Positions 1 through 10,561 of a stretch of DNA of 64,000 nt are shown one piece after another. Numbering within the stretch: the stretch's first letter is position 1; every line of letters begins with the position of its first letter. The translations under genes and the position numbers were made by a program. The notes beneath the pieces were generated by a model, which searched no databases, was not told the DNA's origin, and saw only the letters and a program-made list of their open reading frames with translations. The stretch lies in contig JBAMMP010000015.1 of NCBI GenBank assembly GCA_039793765.1, positions 2,300-66,299 on the forward strand. The letters are read 5' to 3'. This DNA comes from Sulfolobaceae archaeon (GTDB lineage Archaea; Thermoproteota; Thermoprotei_A; Sulfolobales; Sulfolobaceae).

Positions 1-1261
1 TGGCGGGCAGGTAGCCCATCTCGACGAAGAACGCCTCCTCTACTGTCATTCCTTTTTGAATCATAGCCGCTACCGCGTCTATCCTGCCCAACACCTCTTC
101 CCCGCCTATGATTTGACCACCCAACAGCCTGCCCGTTGCCTCGTCCATGACGAGTCTGATGAAGATGTCTTTAGCCCCTGGGTAATACCTCGCTCTGGTC
201 TTGCTTTCTATTGTCGCGGCGAACGGCTTGAACCCGTGCTCCCTCGCCTCCCTTTCTGTAAGTCCGGTCTTGGCGACGAAGTAGTCGTTGAACTTCGTTA
301 TCACGGTGCCGACGACGCCGGGGAACCTCATTTCGTGACCACCTATGTTGGAGCCCGCGACGAAGCCCATTTTGTTCGCCACGGGGGCGAAGGGTTGCCA
401 GTCCGGTTTTCCAGTTATGATGTTGAAGGACTGGGCCACGTCCCCTGCAGCGTAGACTTCCCTGAAGTTCGTCCTCATGTGGTGGTCGGTCTCTATCGCC
501 CCGGTAGGGCCCAGCCTTATGTAGTCCTTGAAGAGGTCCACGTTTGGCCTGATCCCGACGGCGACTATGGTGCCGTCCACCTCGTATTTTCCCTTATCAG
601 TAACTACGATTCTCCCTCCCTCTTCAGCTCTCTCGAAGGCCTCGTTTGGCCTGAACTCGACGCCCTGTGAAACCTTAGTTGCTAGTATCTTGCCCATGTC
701 CTCGTCGAGGTATTTGTTGAGGGGGTACGGCTCCCTGTGAATCAGGATCACTTTCTTACCCCTGGCGGCGAGGGCCTCGGCCATCTCTAAGCCAGTGATC
801 CCAGCCCCAACTACGGCGATCCTGTTGAGCGACCACAGCTTCTCCCTTAGCTCCTTGGCCTCGGCGGGGTGATGGACGTAGAACACCCTGTCGCCCTTCG
901 CTGTATCTAGAATTTTGGGCGAGGCCCCAGTGGCTATCACGAGGTAGTCATACTCCGCGACGTACTTTTGGCCCTTCCCTTCTGCCCTCACCACCCTCGA
1001 CTTCAGGTCTACCTCGGTTACCCTGGTTTCCGTGACTACGTTGATCCTCCTCTTAGTCCTGAAGAACTCGGGCGTGTACGTCATGAAGAGGTTCTCGTCG
1101 TCGAAGAGCCCCTCGACGTAATACGGGATCCCGCACGGGGCGTGGCTGACCATCTTCGTCGACTCGAAGACAGTTACTTCCGCGCTCTCATCGAGCCTCC
1201 TCACCCTGGATGACGCGCTCATCCCAGCTGCTCCGCCGCCGATTACGACGACCCTTTTCAT
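1..1261 (-). CDS. Pyridine nucleotide-disulfide oxidoreductase, NADH oxidase / CoA-disulfide reductase family (3' end runs off the window)
   Basis: My own translation of the minus strand from the ATG at 1261..1259 gives MKRVVVIGGGAAGMSASSRVRRL (GxGxxG), the single redox-Cys motif SHAPCGIPYY, and a second Rossmann motif VVGAGITGLEMAEAL. The frame stays open to position 1, so it has no stop and is absent from the ORF track. Plus-strand ORFs 56..670, 528..740 and 968..1213 are antisense shadows. Confidence 0.85.
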   Translation of the reverse strand, partial: MKRVVVIGGGAAGMSASSRVRRLDESAEVTVFESTKMVSHAPCGIPYYVEGLFDDENLFMTYTPEFFRTKRRINVVTETRVTEVDLKSRVVRAEGKGQKYVAEYDYLVIATGASPKILDTAKGDRVFYVHHPAEAKELREKLWSLNRIAVVGAGITGLEMAEALAARGKKVILIHREPYPLNKYLDEDMGKILATKVSQGVEFRPNEAFERAEEGGRIVVTDKGKYEVDGTIVAVGIRPNVDLFKDYIRLGPTGAIETDHHMRTNFREVYAAGDVAQSFNIITGKPDWQPFAPVANKMGFVAGSNIGGHEMRFPGVVGTVITKFNDYFVAKTGLTEREAREHGFKPFAATIESKTRARYYPGAKDIFIRLVMDEATGRLLGGQIIGGEEVLGRIDAVAAMIQKGMTVEEAFFVEMGYLPA

Positions 1262-1321
1262 TCTCCTCCTGTATATGCGGGAGGGTTAAGCAATATAATC
1301 GTTCTATCACGACTATTTCTA

Positions 1322-1753
1322 ATGGAGGCCTACAAGAAGCTGATAGAGGTCACGAACAAGGTAAAGGGCATGAGCGAGGCCGGGTTGAGCTATAACGAAA
1401 CAGAGGCGCTTAAGTTCCTCAAACAGGAGGCGGACTCCCTCGGCAAGTTGGCGGAAGAGGTGAACACTTCGCTGTCCTCAAACGACACGAAGGCCGCTTT
1501 GACCTCCTTAGTAAAGTTCGTGGCTAGGGTTAACCTCCTGGGTAACCTGCTGTTGCAACCGGCAGTTATATCGTCCCTCGGGAACCAAACGATTAGACAG
1601 TCGTTGGCGTCTTTAATCGAGAGTTGCATCTCCTTTGCCCTCGAGTCTTACCTCGAAGTGGCGAAGAAGAAAGGGGATCTCGGCCTGAAGTCTATCAACT
1701 TGAGCCTCTCAGCAAACCCGATCGCGATGAGCCTGAGCCTGGGGGCTGAGTGA
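1322..1753 (+). CDS. Hypothetical helical protein (143 aa)
   Basis: ATG ORF with a TATA-like aagcaatataat about 30 nt upstream. Its stop lies 1 nt before the next gene start. No recognisable motif. Confidence 0.5.
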   Translation: MEAYKKLIEVTNKVKGMSEAGLSYNETEALKFLKQEADSLGKLAEEVNTSLSSNDTKAALTSLVKFVARVNLLGNLLLQPAVISSLGNQTIRQSLASLIESCISFALESYLEVAKKKGDLGLKSINLSLSANPIAMSLSLGAE

Positions 1754-1754
1754 C

Positions 1755-2663
1755 TTGAGCATAGTTTACGAAATGTGGCCCGAGTTCTACGAGAGGGCCT
1801 TAAGCTTAGACGTGCCCGACGTGAAGGCCGAGAAGCTCGTCTACCTAGGCATCGGAGGTAGCGGTATTCCAGGAAGGTTGCTCGAAATGATGGACTTACC
1901 GTTCGAGTACAGGCTGTTCAGGGGCTACAAGGCCTGGGCAGATAGCAAGACTCTGGCCCTGAGCGTGTCGTACAGTGGCACAACTACTGAGACGTTGGTA
2001 GCAACAAAGAAAGTGCACGAAATGGGAGCAAAGGTAGTAGTGATAACTTCGGGAGGGGACTTGCTGAAATGGGCCCAGGAGAAGGGCGTACCGTACGTTA
2101 GGATTCCTTCGGGCCTGCAGACCAGGTTCTCTTTCCCGTACGTGTTCCTTCCAATCGTTAAGATCCTCAAGGTCCTCGGAGCCAACTACAACCCAATGGA
2201 GTTGGTCGAGGCGACGCACGAGTACCTTCAAGAGGCCAAAAGCAAGGGCAAGGAGTTGGCAGAGAAGATCAAGGGAAGAACCCCAGTGTTTTACGCGTCT
2301 AAGTATTTACCAATCGCTGAGAGATTCAAGCAGGAGGTGAACGAGAATGCGAAGTACCCCGCATTTTACGGCGAAATACCGGAAGTGAACCACAACGAGA
2401 TCGAGCTCTACTCGAGGTGGAAGGAGTACTTGCCTATAGTGATCAAGTCCGACGACCCGATTGACGACACCACGATAAAGGTGCTGAACGCCGAAGTGCT
2501 CACTCCTCCTTCTAGCAGTTTACTAAAGGTAATAGCGTACTTCTTCCTGTTGGCGGGATTCGCCAGCGTTTATCTGGGCGAAAGTTTGGGAGTAAAGGCC
2601 GACGTTTTGTATAACATCCCTAAAGTCAGGGAGTTGACGAGGAAGGTGTTGCTCGGTGAGTGA
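1755..2663 (+). CDS. Bifunctional phosphoglucose/phosphomannose isomerase (SIS domain, crenarchaeal PGI/PMI type)
   Basis: 302 aa. SIS-type motifs [19 protein letters not shown] and VVVITSGG. Size and layout match the crenarchaeal PGI/PMI family. Confidence 0.8.
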   Translation: MSIVYEMWPEFYERALSLDVPDVKAEKLVYLGIGGSGIPGRLLEMMDLPFEYRLFRGYKAWADSKTLALSVSYSGTTTETLVATKKVHEMGAKVVVITSGGDLLKWAQEKGVPYVRIPSGLQTRFSFPYVFLPIVKILKVLGANYNPMELVEATHEYLQEAKSKGKELAEKIKGRTPVFYASKYLPIAERFKQEVNENAKYPAFYGEIPEVNHNEIELYSRWKEYLPIVIKSDDPIDDTTIKVLNAEVLTPPSSSLLKVIAYFFLLAGFASVYLGESLGVKADVLYNIPKVRELTRKVLLGE

Positions 2664-4065
2664 GATCAAGCTGTTCAACACCTTCGGGAGGAAGCTTGAG
2701 CACTTCCAGCCCCTCAGCCCTCACACAGTGAAGATGTACGTTTGTGGCCCAACCGTCTACGATAACGTCCACATAGGCCACGGGAGGACTTTCGTCGCCT
2801 TCGACGCTATAGTGAGGTACTTAAGGCTGAGGGGTTACAACGTCATAAGGGTTCAGAACATAACCGACATAGACGACAAGATAATCAATAGAGCAAAGGA
2901 GACGGGGAAGGACTGGAGGGAGATAGTCGACTTCTACACTAAGGATTACCTGGAGGGGATCTCGGCCCTCAAGGTCAAGATAGACGCCCACCCTAAGGTC
3001 ACGGAGCACATCCAGGAGATAATCCAGTTCATCCAGGGGCTGATAGACAAGGGCCACGCCTACGTCGCCCCGAGCGGAAGCGTGTACTTCGACGTTGACT
3101 CCTTCCCCAACTACGGCCTGCTTTCCAACACAAAGAAGGAGCAGTGGAACCAGGGAGAGGAGTTCGTGAAGGAGAAGAAGAACCCGTACGACTTCGCCCT
3201 CTGGAAGGCGTGGAAGCCGGGAGAGCCCTACTGGGACTCGCCCTGGGGTAAGGGGAGGCCAGGCTGGCACATTGAGTGTTCCACAATGTCCTCTAGGTTC
3301 CTGGGGGAGAGGTTCGACATACACGGGGGCGGGATAGACCTGGTCTTCCCCCACCACGAGAACGAGATAGCTCAGAGCGAGGCCTATTTCGGGCACAAGT
3401 GGGTGAACTACTGGCTCCACGTGGCATACCTTACAATAAGGAAGGAGAAGATGAGCAAGTCCCTCAAGAACATCATTCCCCTCAAGGACGCCCTCAAGAC
3501 CTGGGGCCCCAACGTGCTCAGGTACTGGTACTTGTCCGCTCATTACAGGTCTGAGCTGGACTACTCCGACGAGGCGTTGGAAAGCGCAAAGAAGGGGTTG
3601 CAGAGGCTGAAGGACGCGGTGGCCGTCCTGAGGGGGATCATCTCCCAAGGGCCGAAGCACAGGTCGAGCGACGAGGCCATAAAGGCGCAAAGGGAGGCTG
3701 TAGAACTCATCGAGGAGTTCCACAGGGCGATGAGCCTGGACTTCAATACTGCTGAGGCCCTCAATGTTGCCCACAGGATGGCCGACCTCGTCTTCACGAA
3801 GGTCCAACACCAGGAGGACTTCACTTCCGCTGTTATCCTTCTGGACGGCTTCAGGGCTTTCAACGAGATCTTCAGGGTCATGGACGAGGAGTTCGAGGCG
3901 AGCATGGAGAGGCTTGCGAAAGTCCTCGACGCCGTCCTAGAAGTGAGGAACCAGCTAAGGGCGAAGAAGATGTATGACCTGAGCGACGAGATAAGGGCGA
4001 TCCTCGAGAGCGCGGGAGTCAAGGTGCTCGACTCCAAGGACAGATCGACTTGGCGGTTAGAGTGA
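2656..4065 (+). CDS. cysS: Cysteinyl-tRNA synthetase
   Basis: 469 aa. Contains [18 protein letters not shown] (HIGH) and KMSKSLKN (KMSKS), and the CysRS-typical WHIECS motif. Confidence 0.95.
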   Translation: MSEIKLFNTFGRKLEHFQPLSPHTVKMYVCGPTVYDNVHIGHGRTFVAFDAIVRYLRLRGYNVIRVQNITDIDDKIINRAKETGKDWREIVDFYTKDYLEGISALKVKIDAHPKVTEHIQEIIQFIQGLIDKGHAYVAPSGSVYFDVDSFPNYGLLSNTKKEQWNQGEEFVKEKKNPYDFALWKAWKPGEPYWDSPWGKGRPGWHIECSTMSSRFLGERFDIHGGGIDLVFPHHENEIAQSEAYFGHKWVNYWLHVAYLTIRKEKMSKSLKNIIPLKDALKTWGPNVLRYWYLSAHYRSELDYSDEALESAKKGLQRLKDAVAVLRGIISQGPKHRSSDEAIKAQREAVELIEEFHRAMSLDFNTAEALNVAHRMADLVFTKVQHQEDFTSAVILLDGFRAFNEIFRVMDEEFEASMERLAKVLDAVLEVRNQLRAKKMYDLSDEIRAILESAGVKVLDSKDRSTWRLE

Positions 4066-4066
4066 G

Positions 4067-4504
4067 CTAATCCCTTGAGATTATCATTAGGGGCAACCTC
4101 TCACCCTTTTTCCACCTCTCCAACATCTCGTAAGTTGAAGGGGACATCGAACTCCTTAACTCCTGTAGCTCGTTCAGGTCGACCCAGACTAGCTCAGAGG
4201 CGTCACTACCTGCCCTTTCCTCTCCCCCGACCTTCCTACACAGGAAGTCGACGATCACGTAGTGGAACCCTTCCTTTATCACCTGTACGAGTGCGAGGAC
4301 GTCAACTACTTCTACGTCCAAATTAGTCTCCTCTTTCATTTCCCTCGTTACTGCCTTCTCTAAAGTTTCGCCGAACTCCACCTTTCCGCCTGGTACTGCT
4401 AACAGCCCGGCGTTCGGGGGCTTCTTCCTCCTTACGAGCAACACCCTGTTGCCTTCCGAAACTAGACAACCTACAGCTACTAGCGGCCGGCCGGACACAT
4501 TCAT
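4067..4504 (-). CDS. NUDIX hydrolase
   Basis: 145 aa. Nudix box GGKVEFGETLEKAVTREMKEETNL. Confidence 0.85.
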   Translation of the reverse strand: MNVSGRPLVAVGCLVSEGNRVLLVRRKKPPNAGLLAVPGGKVEFGETLEKAVTREMKEETNLDVEVVDVLALVQVIKEGFHYVIVDFLCRKVGGEERAGSDASELVWVDLNELQELRSSMSPSTYEMLERWKKGERLPLMIISRD

Positions 4505-4543
4505 CCCAATAACGTTTTTTATTAAACGCGTTTCAGCTTTCCG

Positions 4544-5866
4544 ATGAATCGGGCTCTGACGGTAGTCCTGCTTGTCGCGTTCATCGCGTCCACATTAGCG
4601 TTCTCTTTGGGCTCTCTCGGTCAAGGGGGTTCTTACGGGAAGAGCCTGGGCGAGATCACCATATACAAAGTCCTCGTCTACAAGGGAACCTACGTAAAAA
4701 CTGTCACGTTAACTACTAAGTCCAACGCGAGTAACGCTACGACCAAAACCGCGACCGAGACGTATAACTTTACCTTAACCTATACGGTAGAAAAGGTGCA
4801 GGGACTAACCCTGGTAGTTAACGTCCAAGGTAATATCCCCCCTAACTTGACGATCGTTTCCAACGGGACACACGTAGTCAATTTGCTCTCCCCCCTCTCG
4901 CCCTACTATCCTTACATACCTCCTCAGTTCTTGACACCCATAAACATCACGAACATCACCGCGATCGAATCCGTCTACACTAACATGGGAGTCCTGATAA
5001 GTGGGACGAACTCGACCTCGCTTCTAGTCACGCCGTTTTATAACAACAGCGAACTCCACGCCACGTTAATTGACGCTAGGTGGGGAGGAAATGTGAACGT
5101 AGTCGTTAACGCGCAGGGCTACCTGAAGTCGTTATTTGGTCAAGGGCCTTCACAGGCCCTGTCTTTAGAGTTAGTAAATTACTCTGGGCCGATAACGATT
5201 AACGTCAATTCAAGTAAGGCGCTCCAGTTGGCGTCCTCTCAGCCCTTGCTTTACGCTGTTAAGACCTTTAATCCCTTCTCGCAGTCCTTAACGGTAACAG
5301 GCTACCTCCAGATATTCGCGCCTTTCACAATTTATAACGACACTTACGTTATGGCTTACTATTCCATAAGGCCAATACAGAACAATTACGTCGCGAGCCC
5401 CCAGGGTGTGTTCGGATACCCGACTTTCCTATTCATAAAAATAGTCAACACGAGCACTGATCCGTCGCTGATCTTCCCCTTTGTCGGGGAGAAGAGCGTC
5501 GTTTGGGGGAACACGACGGTTAACCTGATAGGGCAACAGCAGGTCAGCGTACTCGGGAATAAGTACAGTGTTTATATTTACACTGGAATCGAGAACAGGA
5601 CGCAGAACGTGACCCTGTGGGTCACTCCACAAGGAGTCGTCGTGAGGGAGCTCGTGACTTCTACAACTCAAAACGTCCCGATCCTGGAATTAGAGCTGGT
5701 TAAGCCAATACTGCTACCCGCCACTCAGACCTATCCGCCAGTCGTACAGACGGGTGGTCCAACTACATTAGCCTACCAAGTAGTTAACCCGAAGGAGTCC
5801 TTTATAATAGCAGTGGTGTTCTCGTTAATAATCGTAATACTCGCGGTCCTGTTCAGGTTAAGATAA
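4544..5866 (+). CDS. Membrane-anchored, sequon-rich surface glycoprotein (hypothetical)
   Basis: 440 aa. N-terminal hydrophobic signal ([17 protein letters not shown]) and C-terminal TM anchor ([18 protein letters not shown]). I count about 16 N-x-S/T sequons. TATA-like ttttttattaaa lies about 25 nt upstream of the ATG. Confidence 0.6.
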   Translation: MNRALTVVLLVAFIASTLAFSLGSLGQGGSYGKSLGEITIYKVLVYKGTYVKTVTLTTKSNASNATTKTATETYNFTLTYTVEKVQGLTLVVNVQGNIPPNLTIVSNGTHVVNLLSPLSPYYPYIPPQFLTPINITNITAIESVYTNMGVLISGTNSTSLLVTPFYNNSELHATLIDARWGGNVNVVVNAQGYLKSLFGQGPSQALSLELVNYSGPITINVNSSKALQLASSQPLLYAVKTFNPFSQSLTVTGYLQIFAPFTIYNDTYVMAYYSIRPIQNNYVASPQGVFGYPTFLFIKIVNTSTDPSLIFPFVGEKSVVWGNTTVNLIGQQQVSVLGNKYSVYIYTGIENRTQNVTLWVTPQGVVVRELVTSTTQNVPILELELVKPILLPATQTYPPVVQTGGPTTLAYQVVNPKESFIIAVVFSLIIVILAVLFRLR

Positions 5867-5927
5867 ACTGGAGTTCCTTCCTTTCGGAAACAACGATATT
5901 AATGCAGCCACACACAACAAGAGTACA

Positions 5928-7196
5928 ATGGCAACCCCGCTCGAAGAGGTAATGTCTTCTAGCCTCTTGACCCAACAGCTCAAAAGGCTTTACGCGACGG
6001 GCCAGATCTTGGGCCTGGACGACGACACTATTCAGGCGCTGGCTACCCCTGAGAGAGTCCTCGAGGTGAAGATGTCGATAAGGACGAAAGACGGAAGAGT
6101 GAAGACGTTCGTCGGTTGGAGGTCTCAGCATAACAGCGCATTAGGCCCCTACAAGGGGGGAGTTAGGTACCACCCCATGGTGAACAGGGACGAGGTAGTC
6201 GCGCTCTCGATGATGATGACCTGGAAGAACTCATTGCTCCTCCTGCCCTTCGGCGGGGGCAAAGGCGGCGTGAAGGTCGACCCTAAGACCTTAACCAAGG
6301 AGGAGCTCGAAATGCTCTCCAGGGAGTACATCGACCAGATATACAAATACATTGGGAGCGACATAGACATCCCGGCCCCTGACGTAAATACGGACGCCCA
6401 GGTGATGGCCTGGTTCCTGGATGAGTACACTAAGGTTTCGGGAAGGCGGGACCCGGGAGCCTTTACCGGGAAGCCCGTGGAAATAGGGGGCATTGCGGTG
6501 AGGGAGTACAGCACCGGATTGGGCGTCGCCACGATCGCTAGGATGGCGGCGGAGAAGTTCCTGGGAGGCATAGAGGGTAAGAGAGTGATAGTCCAAGGCT
6601 TCGGCAACGTGGGAAGTTACACGGTCAAGTTCCTGACCGAGATGGGAGCCAAGGTAATCGGCGTGAGTGACACCAAAGGGGGAGTGATAGACCCCAACGG
6701 TATGGATTACGAGGAATTGGCCAAGGTGAAGAAGGCTACAGGCTCGGTCGTCAACTACCCGAGGGGCAAGAAAGTGACGAACGACGAGCTATTGATCAGC
6801 GAGTGCGACATCCTAATACCTGCCGCGATTGAGAACGTAATACACAAGGGCAACGCCGACAAAGTTAAGGCCAAACTGATAGTTGAGGCAGCCAACGGCC
6901 CCCTCACGGCCGACGCTGACCTAACAATGAAGAACAGGGGGATAATCGTCGTTCCCGACATCCTAGCGAACGCCGGCGGAGTAGTGGGGAGCTACGTCGA
7001 GTGGGCGAACAACAAGATGGGAGAAATCTTGGACGAGGAGCAACAGCGTAGCCTGATAGTCAACAGGATGAGCAAGGCGTTTGAGGCGGTCTATAGTAAG
7101 TACCAGAAGCTGGGAGACCAGGACATGAGGACAGCCGCAATGGTTCTGGCGGTCGAGAGAGTGTACAAAGCCATGAAAGTCATGGGCCAAGTGTGA
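5928..7196 (+). CDS. gdhA: Glutamate dehydrogenase
   Basis: 422 aa. Contains the GDH motif [10 protein letters not shown] and the dinucleotide fold [10 protein letters not shown]. Confidence 0.93.
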   Translation: MATPLEEVMSSSLLTQQLKRLYATGQILGLDDDTIQALATPERVLEVKMSIRTKDGRVKTFVGWRSQHNSALGPYKGGVRYHPMVNRDEVVALSMMMTWKNSLLLLPFGGGKGGVKVDPKTLTKEELEMLSREYIDQIYKYIGSDIDIPAPDVNTDAQVMAWFLDEYTKVSGRRDPGAFTGKPVEIGGIAVREYSTGLGVATIARMAAEKFLGGIEGKRVIVQGFGNVGSYTVKFLTEMGAKVIGVSDTKGGVIDPNGMDYEELAKVKKATGSVVNYPRGKKVTNDELLISECDILIPAAIENVIHKGNADKVKAKLIVEAANGPLTADADLTMKNRGIIVVPDILANAGGVVGSYVEWANNKMGEILDEEQQRSLIVNRMSKAFEAVYSKYQKLGDQDMRTAAMVLAVERVYKAMKVMGQV

Positions 7197-7225
7197 TTTT
7201 TGGAGCTACTCTCTACACTCAAAGT

Positions 7226-7483
7226 TTAGATGAGGATGAAGATTAACAGTAGAACTATCATTATAGCTAGGAGCACGAGAGAGACCTTCACCATGTCCTT
7301 GGAATTCCCGAAAACTATGGGGAAAGGACCGATTAGTATTACCCCTCCGACTTTCGTTTCTCCCTTCTGCTGAGAGCCAGCTTGCTTCAAGTTCCTCACT
7401 ATTTCGTAAAGCAGGCCCACAATAAGTACGATAAGCCCCGCGAAGGTTACGATAATGCCTATATCAAAAAGGGTGAGGTTCAT
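7226..7483 (-). CDS. Small two-TM membrane protein (resembles the archaeal DUF131/TIGR00304 type)
   Basis: 85 aa. Two hydrophobic helices flank GGVILIGPFPIVFGNS. Its ATG overlaps the stop of the upstream ATPase as ATGA (7483..7480). Confidence 0.6.
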   Translation of the reverse strand: MNLTLFDIGIIVTFAGLIVLIVGLLYEIVRNLKQAGSQQKGETKVGGVILIGPFPIVFGNSKDMVKVSLVLLAIMIVLLLIFILI

Positions 7484-8970
7484 GCGATTTCCTGGATCGA
7501 CTTAATCTTGTTCGCTAAAATCTCTATCTCCTTCGGCAACTCCACAGTGTCGTTGCTACTCATGATGTCTCCCAGCGAGGTCCTAATCCTCTCGTAGTCG
7601 ACTCCCCTCTTCCTCGTGACTTGAGTGAGCCACGACGTGACATCCGACTTGTACAGATCCCTCAGCTCCTTGTCCTCGAGGTGAATCCCTAAGGACTTGA
7701 GAACCGTCGGCAAGACGTCCCTACTGAAGAACTCCTCCACGTTCTTGTTGAAGGGCACACACCAGTCCTTCTCCTCCCCCGTCACAAGATCGCATAACCC
7801 AACATATACGGTGGTCAGCTTCAGCCTCTCGATTACTCTCCTCCAGAGACCGAACTCGTACTCGTTGCTCACCTTGAAGGCGACTATTCCGAGCTCGTCT
7901 ACAGGTATGCCGATCCTCCTGAGCCAGTTGAGCAGTACGACCGGCTCAACTTGTGGCCCGGTGAGTATAACCACCCTGTTGAAGAGGAGGTCGGTCAGCC
8001 TGACCCTCAGTATGCTGAGCAAGAGCTCGAGGGTGTTGTCCAGGTTCACCTGGATCGCGGTAGAGCTGGCGTCCCTCCTCTTCATCAGTATTACCGACTC
8101 AACTACCTTTGCGGAGACGAAATAGGGTGAGTGGGAAGTTATGAACACCTGGAAGTTAGACCTCTTCGACCATTCTTTAACCAATTTGATGATCCTGGCC
8201 TGAAGGTTCGGGTGCATGTTGACTTCTGGCTCCTCGATAAGCATGACCTTGTTGCCGCTGGCCCATATCACGAAGAGCATCAAGATCGCCCTCTGGAAGC
8301 CCGAGGCCGCCAGATCGACGTAGACAGGGAGGTTTTGAACGTTGAGCACCAGCTTGTTGCCCTCCCAGATCTCCAAGCCCTTCACTTCGGGTATCGTCGA
8401 GCTCACTAGGTTCACGAAGTCGTACCAGAGCTTCTTGAGGTGTAAGGGAGACCTGTAAAGCTCCATCATCCTCTTCATGGACTCCTCGAAGTAGTTCGCG
8501 TCGTAGATCGGAACGTATTCTACTAGGCCCGCCGCGTAGTTGAAGAGCTGTTTGACGTCCCTAAGCGTGTCTGAATCGACAGGCGAGGAGTTAACGAGGA
8601 GCCTCTCGACGCTCCAGGTAATCGTCTTCCTGTCGTATTGAACCTTGTTGATCACCTCAACTCTATACGGAGTCCTCTTACCCAGAACCTTCGCGACCTC
8701 GTCCTCGCTGAAGTAGACAGTGCCGCCCAAGTAAATCGGCTTCGAAACGTCGTAGGTGTGCCAAAGTACCGAGTAGCTCCCCTCTGGGTCGTCTATCGTT
8801 TTCCTTTCGATGCCGGAGTTCAGGTTCCTGATGAAGGTGAAAATAGCGGAGAGCAAGTTAGTCTTTCCGTTACCGTTGTATCCGACTACGAGGTTCAGTC
8901 CTCCCAGGTCGGAGAGCCTCACCTCCTTAAGGCTCCTGAAGTTAGCGACGTAAAAGTCAGTAATCCTCAC
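7480..8970 (-). CDS. ABC/OLD-family-like ATPase with a degenerate Toprim-like C-terminal region
   Basis: 496 aa. Walker A GYNGNGKTNLL, signature-like ASGFQRAILM, Walker B KVMLIEEPEVNMHP and H-loop FITSHSP. The C-terminal VVILTGPQVEP ... GLCDLVTGEEKD resembles Toprim strands but lacks the canonical E and DxD. TATA-like ttataaaa lies on the minus strand about 35 nt upstream. Confidence 0.8.
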   Translation of the reverse strand: MRITDFYVANFRSLKEVRLSDLGGLNLVVGYNGNGKTNLLSAIFTFIRNLNSGIERKTIDDPEGSYSVLWHTYDVSKPIYLGGTVYFSEDEVAKVLGKRTPYRVEVINKVQYDRKTITWSVERLLVNSSPVDSDTLRDVKQLFNYAAGLVEYVPIYDANYFEESMKRMMELYRSPLHLKKLWYDFVNLVSSTIPEVKGLEIWEGNKLVLNVQNLPVYVDLAASGFQRAILMLFVIWASGNKVMLIEEPEVNMHPNLQARIIKLVKEWSKRSNFQVFITSHSPYFVSAKVVESVILMKRRDASSTAIQVNLDNTLELLLSILRVRLTDLLFNRVVILTGPQVEPVVLLNWLRRIGIPVDELGIVAFKVSNEYEFGLWRRVIERLKLTTVYVGLCDLVTGEEKDWCVPFNKNVEEFFSRDVLPTVLKSLGIHLEDKELRDLYKSDVTSWLTQVTRKRGVDYERIRTSLGDIMSSNDTVELPKEIEILANKIKSIQEIA

Positions 8971-9111
8971 TACGTATCACTCAACGGTAATACTGTAGTA
9001 GGCCGTTTTATAACGAGTAAGGCCCGAGAGAGCCGGCGAAAGCAAGGGAAAAGTAAGCTAACCCTCCCCCGATAAACTACGTCCTTCATGCGTTAGTATT
9101 ACGATACTTCG

Positions 9112-9891
9112 TTAAAATGAGGTCTTGATCAGGCCACCGTCGACCGGGATAAGGGCGCCGGTCACGTAAGTTGCCAGGTTGGAGGCGAGGAAGACCACGA
9201 CGTTCGCTACTTCCTCTGGGTCGGCGAACCTCTTCAGCGGTACGTCCTTAACGAACTCCCTCTCGACCTCCTTCGGGTCTTTATTGAGGGCCTTCGACCT
9301 CGTCTCTATGAGTTGCTTCATCCTGTCTGTCATGGTGTAACCGGGCATGATGCCGTTGACGAGGATCCCTTTCTCGGCCAGCTGGTTGCTCGCGGTCTTT
9401 ATGAGGCCTACTAAGGACGTCCTGATGACGTTCGAAAGGTCGAGGTTGTCGATAGGTTGCTTGACCGTGGTCGACGTGCTTATTATTATCCTCCCCCCTG
9501 GGCCCATGTACTTGCTCGCCTCCTTGACCATTAAGACAGGAGTTATCATCAGGGAGTTAGCCGCGCTGATCCAGTCCTGCTTTTCGAGATTGAACACCGT
9601 CCCAGGCTTAGGCGGCGGGGGTACGTAAACGAGTACGTCGAGTCCTCCGAGTAGCTCCGCCCCCTTCCTCACGAGTTCAACTCCCTGATCCGGGTCGTAA
9701 AGGTCGGCCTTCACGGCGAAAACCTTACCGATTCTCTCTAGCCTAGCCTTCGCCTCGCTCAGGTTCCTTTCGTCATGGGACGATATCACTACGTCAGCTC
9801 CTTCCTCGAGGAACCTCTTCGCGATTGCGAACCCTATGCCCTTACTTGACGACGTCACTATCGCCCTTTTCCCGTTCAGCCCTAGGCCCAT
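9112..9891 (-). CDS. Short-chain dehydrogenase/reductase (SDR)
   Basis: 259 aa. N-terminal GKRAIVTSSSKGIGFAIA cofactor motif, with typical SDR length and layout. Confidence 0.9.
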   Translation of the reverse strand: MGLGLNGKRAIVTSSSKGIGFAIAKRFLEEGADVVISSHDERNLSEAKARLERIGKVFAVKADLYDPDQGVELVRKGAELLGGLDVLVYVPPPPKPGTVFNLEKQDWISAANSLMITPVLMVKEASKYMGPGGRIIISTSTTVKQPIDNLDLSNVIRTSLVGLIKTASNQLAEKGILVNGIMPGYTMTDRMKQLIETRSKALNKDPKEVEREFVKDVPLKRFADPEEVANVVVFLASNLATYVTGALIPVDGGLIKTSF

Positions 9892-10507
9892 TTAGGAAGT
9901 CAAGGATCGTGGGCCTTTTATCTTTGCCCCCCGTGAGCCCGGCGAGCCTAGCGAGCTTCCTGAAGTCCTCCTCGAAGAGCTCCCTGAGCCTTGGGTTGTA
10001 CAACACTGCCGCGGGATGCAACGTGGGGAACACCGTCACTTTACCGTAACCGAAGTCGACCTCGAACGGCTGTCCCCTAACCGCCAAAATAGACCTGAAC
10101 TTCCTCCCAAACCTCTCCATTAAGTACCTCGTGGAGTGTCTGCCCAGCGTCACAATTATTTTGGGCTTGATCGCCGCTATCTGCCTCTCTAAGTACGGAG
10201 AGCAGGCCGCGATCTCGTCGTCCTCGGGGTCCCTGTTGTTCGGCGGTCTGCACTTAACTACGTTAGTTATGAACACGTCGCTCCTCTTCAGACCGAGAAT
10301 TTCCTCTATTGCTTTAGTAAGGACGTTTCCCGCCACCCCCACAAAGGGCCTACCCTGCAAGTCCTCGTTCTCGCCCGGAGCTTCCCCTATGAACATGATA
10401 GCGGCCTTAGGGTTGCCCTCGCCAGGAACTGCGTTAGTCCTAGTTAAGTGCAACCTACACTTCTTACATGCCCTGACCTCCTCGGCAATTTTCTCGAGCT
10501 CGGACAT
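9842..10507 (-). CDS. udg: Uracil-DNA glycosylase, family 4 (Fe-S type)
   Basis: 221 aa. Contains CKKCRL, GEGNPKAAIMFIGEAPGENED and GRPFVGVAG, plus HPAAVLYNP near the C-terminus. Confidence 0.9.
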   Translation of the reverse strand: MSELEKIAEEVRACKKCRLHLTRTNAVPGEGNPKAAIMFIGEAPGENEDLQGRPFVGVAGNVLTKAIEEILGLKRSDVFITNVVKCRPPNNRDPEDDEIAACSPYLERQIAAIKPKIIVTLGRHSTRYLMERFGRKFRSILAVRGQPFEVDFGYGKVTVFPTLHPAAVLYNPRLRELFEEDFRKLARLAGLTGGKDKRPTILDFLNGPRAEREKGDSDVVK

Positions 10508-10558
10508 CAGGAAATCGACCCCTCTTCATTAGTCCGTTTATGTCGGCCTCATCACCCC
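10505..10558 (-). ncRNA. C/D box sRNA candidate (in the udg leader)
   Basis: Minus strand reads GUGAUGA (10555..10549), 12 nt, CGGA (D'), CUA, AUGAAGA (C'), 12 nt, CUGA (10510..10507). Spacing is exactly 7-12-4-3-7-12-4. The last A of box D is the A of the udg ATG. Confidence 0.5.
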
Positions 10559-10561
10559 AAA

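Noticed and set aside
56-1213. Plus-strand ORFs 56..670 (204 aa), 528..740 and 968..1213.
   Set aside because: They lie antisense to a clearly recognisable NADH oxidase/CoADR-family gene that I translated on the minus strand. Their products are low-complexity with no motifs.
2821-3810. 329-aa minus-strand ORF inside cysS, with similar ORFs at 3029..3286 and 3561..4037.
   Set aside because: These are antisense shadows of a high-confidence CysRS gene, with Leu/Pro/Val/Arg-rich composition typical of shadow ORFs.
9842-9891. 50-nt same-strand overlap between the udg 3' end and the SDR 5' end. Similar cases are the 74-nt convergent overlap at 18605..18678 and the 59-nt overlap at 39764..39822.
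   Set aside because: Both partners in each pair have family-typical termini. Overlaps of this size fit the extreme gene packing of the region. I see no slippery or frameshift signal.
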